A DNA stretch of 64,000 nucleotides from Octopus vulgaris (lineage: Eukaryota): NCBI GenBank assembly GCA_951406725.2, contig OX597837.1, forward strand, positions 6,138,001-6,202,000, given 5' to 3'. The translations under genes were made by a program, and so were the position numbers. Each line of letters begins with the position of its first letter. Positions within the stretch are counted from its first letter, which is position 1. The notes below the pieces were generated by a model. That model had not been told where the DNA came from and ran no database searches. It saw nothing but the letters and a program-made list of their open reading frames with translations. Positions 60,734-64,000 of the stretch are shown one piece after another.

Positions 60734-61384
60734 ATTATTATTATTATTATTATTATTATTGGGTGAGAGAGTAGTGCACACCATCAGAGTGGCTTTGGGG
60801 TACAAATATATGAAGCCCAGTATACCCATCATGACTACCAGTTTTATAAGGGCACACCAGACAAGTAAATCCGAACCATATGTGCGCTATTTGGTGATCT
60901 TATATCAAGATTAACAGAGAATGATCTTGCAGGTGGGACCCAGTTACAATGTTCTTCAGGTCGAGTAGCCCACCCGGCACAAAAGGACCCTGAATAAGGG
61001 TTGTTTAAGGACGTTGAACGAAACACCAGAGGTGAATAATATATATATGTGAAACAAACTTAAAGAATTTGGAAACTGTCACATCAAATGTTTTTTCTTT
61101 TAATTCAAAGTTGGACATACAGCATGCTCACTGGGTTACAATGATTCACATGTGTCACCAGGATCTTTCGTGTACCTCACTTTAAGGACCTTAAGGAAGC
61201 GTGGTTCAAAGCGAGCTGAGTTCATATATTCGTTCCTGGTTTTAGGACACCAAATGAGGCGAAGGTGGACATTTTGAACTCGGAAATGGATATAAAATTT
61301 GCATGTACGGTGACCTCTATTTAACATCAGAGAAGAGCGGTACCCGCCATGTTGGGCCACTGATCTTAACGTGTTTTTTCATTA

Positions 61385-61503
61385 TCTATCTATTTATTTC
61401 CGCTAATTTCCATCGATGAACGAAGGCTCGAAACGTAGACGAATTTTCCACTCTTCCCAAGCGTCAAACTAATGCACTCGCTTGTTGTTTCTCTATAAAT
61501 CTG

Positions 61504-61508
<5 letters not shown>
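61385..61508 (+). mobile_element. Hammerhead element family B, decayed
   Basis: GAAGGCTCGAAACGTAGAC..TTCCCAAGCGTCAAACTAATGC..AACTA(TA)n. Confidence 0.55.
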
Positions 61509-61569
<61 letters not shown>

Positions 61570-62772
61570 ACATACATGCTTACATGTATATATATACATA
61601 TATATATATATACATACAAGCTCAGAGTGTGCCGACATATATTTGAATGTAGCTCTATGTATCTTTATGAATAATTAAATATTTTTATTGCTATTTTCAC
61701 ACACTTATGTATGTTGAGATTTATCTTGGAAGCTGTTATACAAACCATAATTTCAGCTGGTGTTGTCGTTATTCATGTTAATCTTGCTATCTTTCTGATA
61801 AAATTATTGCAGTTTAGGGCGTGGAATATATTTTTCAGCTGATTTACACAAACACCACTTGCTTACGTTCCTGTATATTCGCCGCTCCTGCGTTTTCATG
61901 CACCCCCGTTCTTACGCTATATTGTTCTTCAACGAAACATGTTTAAGCGACAGAAAGTCTCGGTTGCTAACGTAATTATACGAAGCGAATAAACTAATAG
62001 CAAAAGTTGCTATCAATATTATTATTCTCTGATATTCATTCGATCATTCCGTGTTAATTCTGGACTTTCTAGTTTGATGTCTGAAAAACTTATTTTGTAA
62101 TAAAGTGAAAAGTTAAATAATTAAATTAGGATTTTCAATGAACAAAAACGAAACGGCACAAAATTAAATATAAAAAATCAATTAAACATTAGCAAAATTA
62201 TCGAGACTAAAAATGTAATAAAATATATTCTCGAATATTTCGTTTATTTGTTTTGATATTTTTACATAAGTCAAATAACACATAATACATACTGAAATAC
62301 ATATGTAACGTACACACAAGTACCTGCATGTATATATGCTTGTATGTGTATGTATGTAAGAGATGCATGTGTGTATGTATGTGTGTATAATTTATTGTCA
62401 GTAAACGGTGCTTAAATAATGTATCACAGATTTAGTTTACATGCACACAGAATATACTGATTTGCTAACAGACTCAGACACACACACATATATATTTACA
62501 TATATATATATATTATATATACATATATATATGTATGTATATATATATATATATATATATATAATAAATATTAGGGAATAAATCCAAACTTACAGGGAAA
62601 AATCAGATTTAGGATTGAATCCAATTTTATAGTAAAATATTATATTATATTAAATTAGAGACAAAACCACTATTAGGCAAATCAAACAATGAAAAACGTA
62701 AGTCAATACATATGATTAATTTATATTATTTAAATATATAACAAAATTATTAAAAAAATATAATTAATATCA

Positions 62773-62836
62773 CACTACGATCGTTTCATGCCTGCTAATA
62801 TCTTCAAATTTTTGAGTCGCAGTCATTCATCAGGTG
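62773..62836 (-). ncRNA. Type I hammerhead (left-arm copy)
   Basis: Reverse complement of 62899-62962. Confidence 0.8.
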
Positions 62837-62898
62837 GTTTAAATATTTAAATATTTTTCTTGGCGAGGTTTAAACCTCACCAAGAAAAATATTTAAAC

Positions 62899-62962
62899 CA
62901 CCTGATGAATGACTGCGACTCAAAAATTTGAAGATGTTAGCAGGCATGAAACGATCGTAGTG
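62899..62962 (+). ncRNA. Type I hammerhead (right-arm copy)
   Basis: CAC-CTGATGA-ATGACTGC...GCAGGCAT-GAAAC-GATC-GTA-GTG: canonical core, palindromic helix III ACGATCGT. Confidence 0.8.
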
Positions 62963-63102
62963 TGATATTAATTATATTTTTTAATAATTTTGTTATATAT
63001 TTAAATAATATAAATTAATCATATGTATTAGCTTAAGTTTTTCGTTGTTTGATTTGCCTAATAGTGGTTTTGTCTCTAATTTAATATAATATATATATAT
63101 AT

Positions 63103-63311
63103 ACCGGAGTAAACACATAAATATGAAACAAGGTGAAAAAAAAGTACTCAAATACCAGGGGTAGAGTAATATGCTTTATTTAAAAGCAGCAGAAATTCAA
63201 AAAATCCTGTTACTCTGAGTTTCACGTTCCCGTTCGTCGGACAGTTTGACGAACGGGAACGTGAAACTCAGAGTAACAGGTTTTGTTGAATTTCTGCTGC
63301 TTTTAAATAAA

Positions 63312-63312
<1 letters not shown>
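63103..63312. mobile_element. Fold-back hammerhead element, palindrome 63174-63312
   Basis: About 65-bp arms around GGACAGTTT, (TA)n on both sides, family member at 25161-25240. Confidence 0.8.
63207..63244 (-). ncRNA. Type I hammerhead, U4C core variant
   Basis: CTGT-CCGACGA-ACG-GGAA-CGT-GAAAC-TCAGA-GTA-ACAG: stems I, II (GNRA loop) and III all pair. Confidence 0.7.
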
Positions 63313-63348
<36 letters not shown>

Positions 63349-63356
<8 letters not shown>

Positions 63357-64000
63357 TAAAGGCTCCTAAATAAAGATGCCAAGTGCTGGGAACAAAAAAA
63401 GGGGATGAATTTATCGAGAGTGAAAATCAAAAACATTTACCGATAATTTAAACAACTCGTACCGCGGTTTCTGCTTCTTTCTAGCAAAACACAGAATATG
63501 TTTGCTAAGGCTGGCTTCATCAGCGAGTCGCCTGAATTTAATCGAGGTCCGCAGCGATGTGGGGCTATATGTTAAACCCGACTACTAGCAGATCTTAACT
63601 TTTCAAATCTCTGCGCAGACGTGTTTTGCTAGAAAGAAGCAGAAACCGCGGTACGAGTTGTTTAAATTATCGGTAAATGTTTTTGATTTTCACTCTCGAT
63701 AAATTCATCCCCTTTTTTGTTCCCAGCACTTGGCATCTTTATTTAGGAGCCTTTAATTGTATAACCACATGATTAATATTTTTCTATATGAATAATATTT
63801 TCGTCTTATGACTAATTCGTCTTTTGTGCTGGGCACCTGGTAGTAAATAATATTACTACCCTTCTTGTTTATATTCGCATACTACATGATGAATTTATTC
63901 GTAAAATTCTTCCCGGCATGCCCGTGTAAATTTTGCGTCTGCGCAGAGATTTGAAAAGTTAAGATCTGCTAGTAGTCGGGTGTAGTCCCACATCGCTGCA
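63349..64000. mobile_element. Retrozyme/Penelope-like element with inverted arms 63349-63492 / 63621-63763, running off the window
   Basis: About 143-bp near-perfect arms; 63936-63999 is the reverse complement of 63551-63621. Confidence 0.8.
63454..63529 (-). ncRNA. Type I hammerhead with a long stem II
   Basis: GACTCG-CTGATGA-AGC..TAGCAAAC..TTTGCTA..GCA-GAAAC-CGCG-GTA-CGAGTT: 6-bp stem I, canonical core, palindromic helix III. Confidence 0.85.

Larger units (their letters stand above)
62543..63093. mobile_element. Fold-back Penelope-like element: about 450-bp loopless palindrome (62641-63093, centre 62871/62872)
   Basis: Arms are near-perfect reverse complements; centre GAGGTTT|AAACCTC; both outer ends in (TA)n. 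Confidence 0.85.

Noticed and set aside
60761-61030. Possible 5' continuation or ribozyme of the Dong element
   Set aside because: No coding homology or recognisable HDV/hammerhead fold seen; left unclassified

Overview
This is AT-rich, microsatellite-saturated animal DNA, intergenic or intronic. Its SINE set and (TA)n/(CA)n/(AAT)n load resemble an octopus or other cephalopod genome (inference). No host gene can be called confidently, and most listed ORFs are translations of simple repeats. The only long genuine ORF (58341-60260, -) is the RT + zinc knuckle + restriction-like endonuclease of a 5'-truncated R4/Dong-clade retrotransposon sitting inside a (TAA)n array. Two older Dong fragments also abut (TAA)n. 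Other remnants are an RTE LINE with an internal 156-bp tandem array, a CR1/L2-like LINE 3' end, a Naiad-type Penelope GIY-YIG endonuclease, several MITE/foldback elements and four tRNA-like SINE families. The most notable signal is about 15 type I hammerhead-ribozyme motifs (intact to decayed) in several sequence-distinct, short, non-coding Penelope-like or retrozyme-like elements. Most end in (TA)n arrays and several form long fold-back palindromes, with three stacked at 62.5-64 kb. All calls were made by eye; repeat boundaries are approximate.
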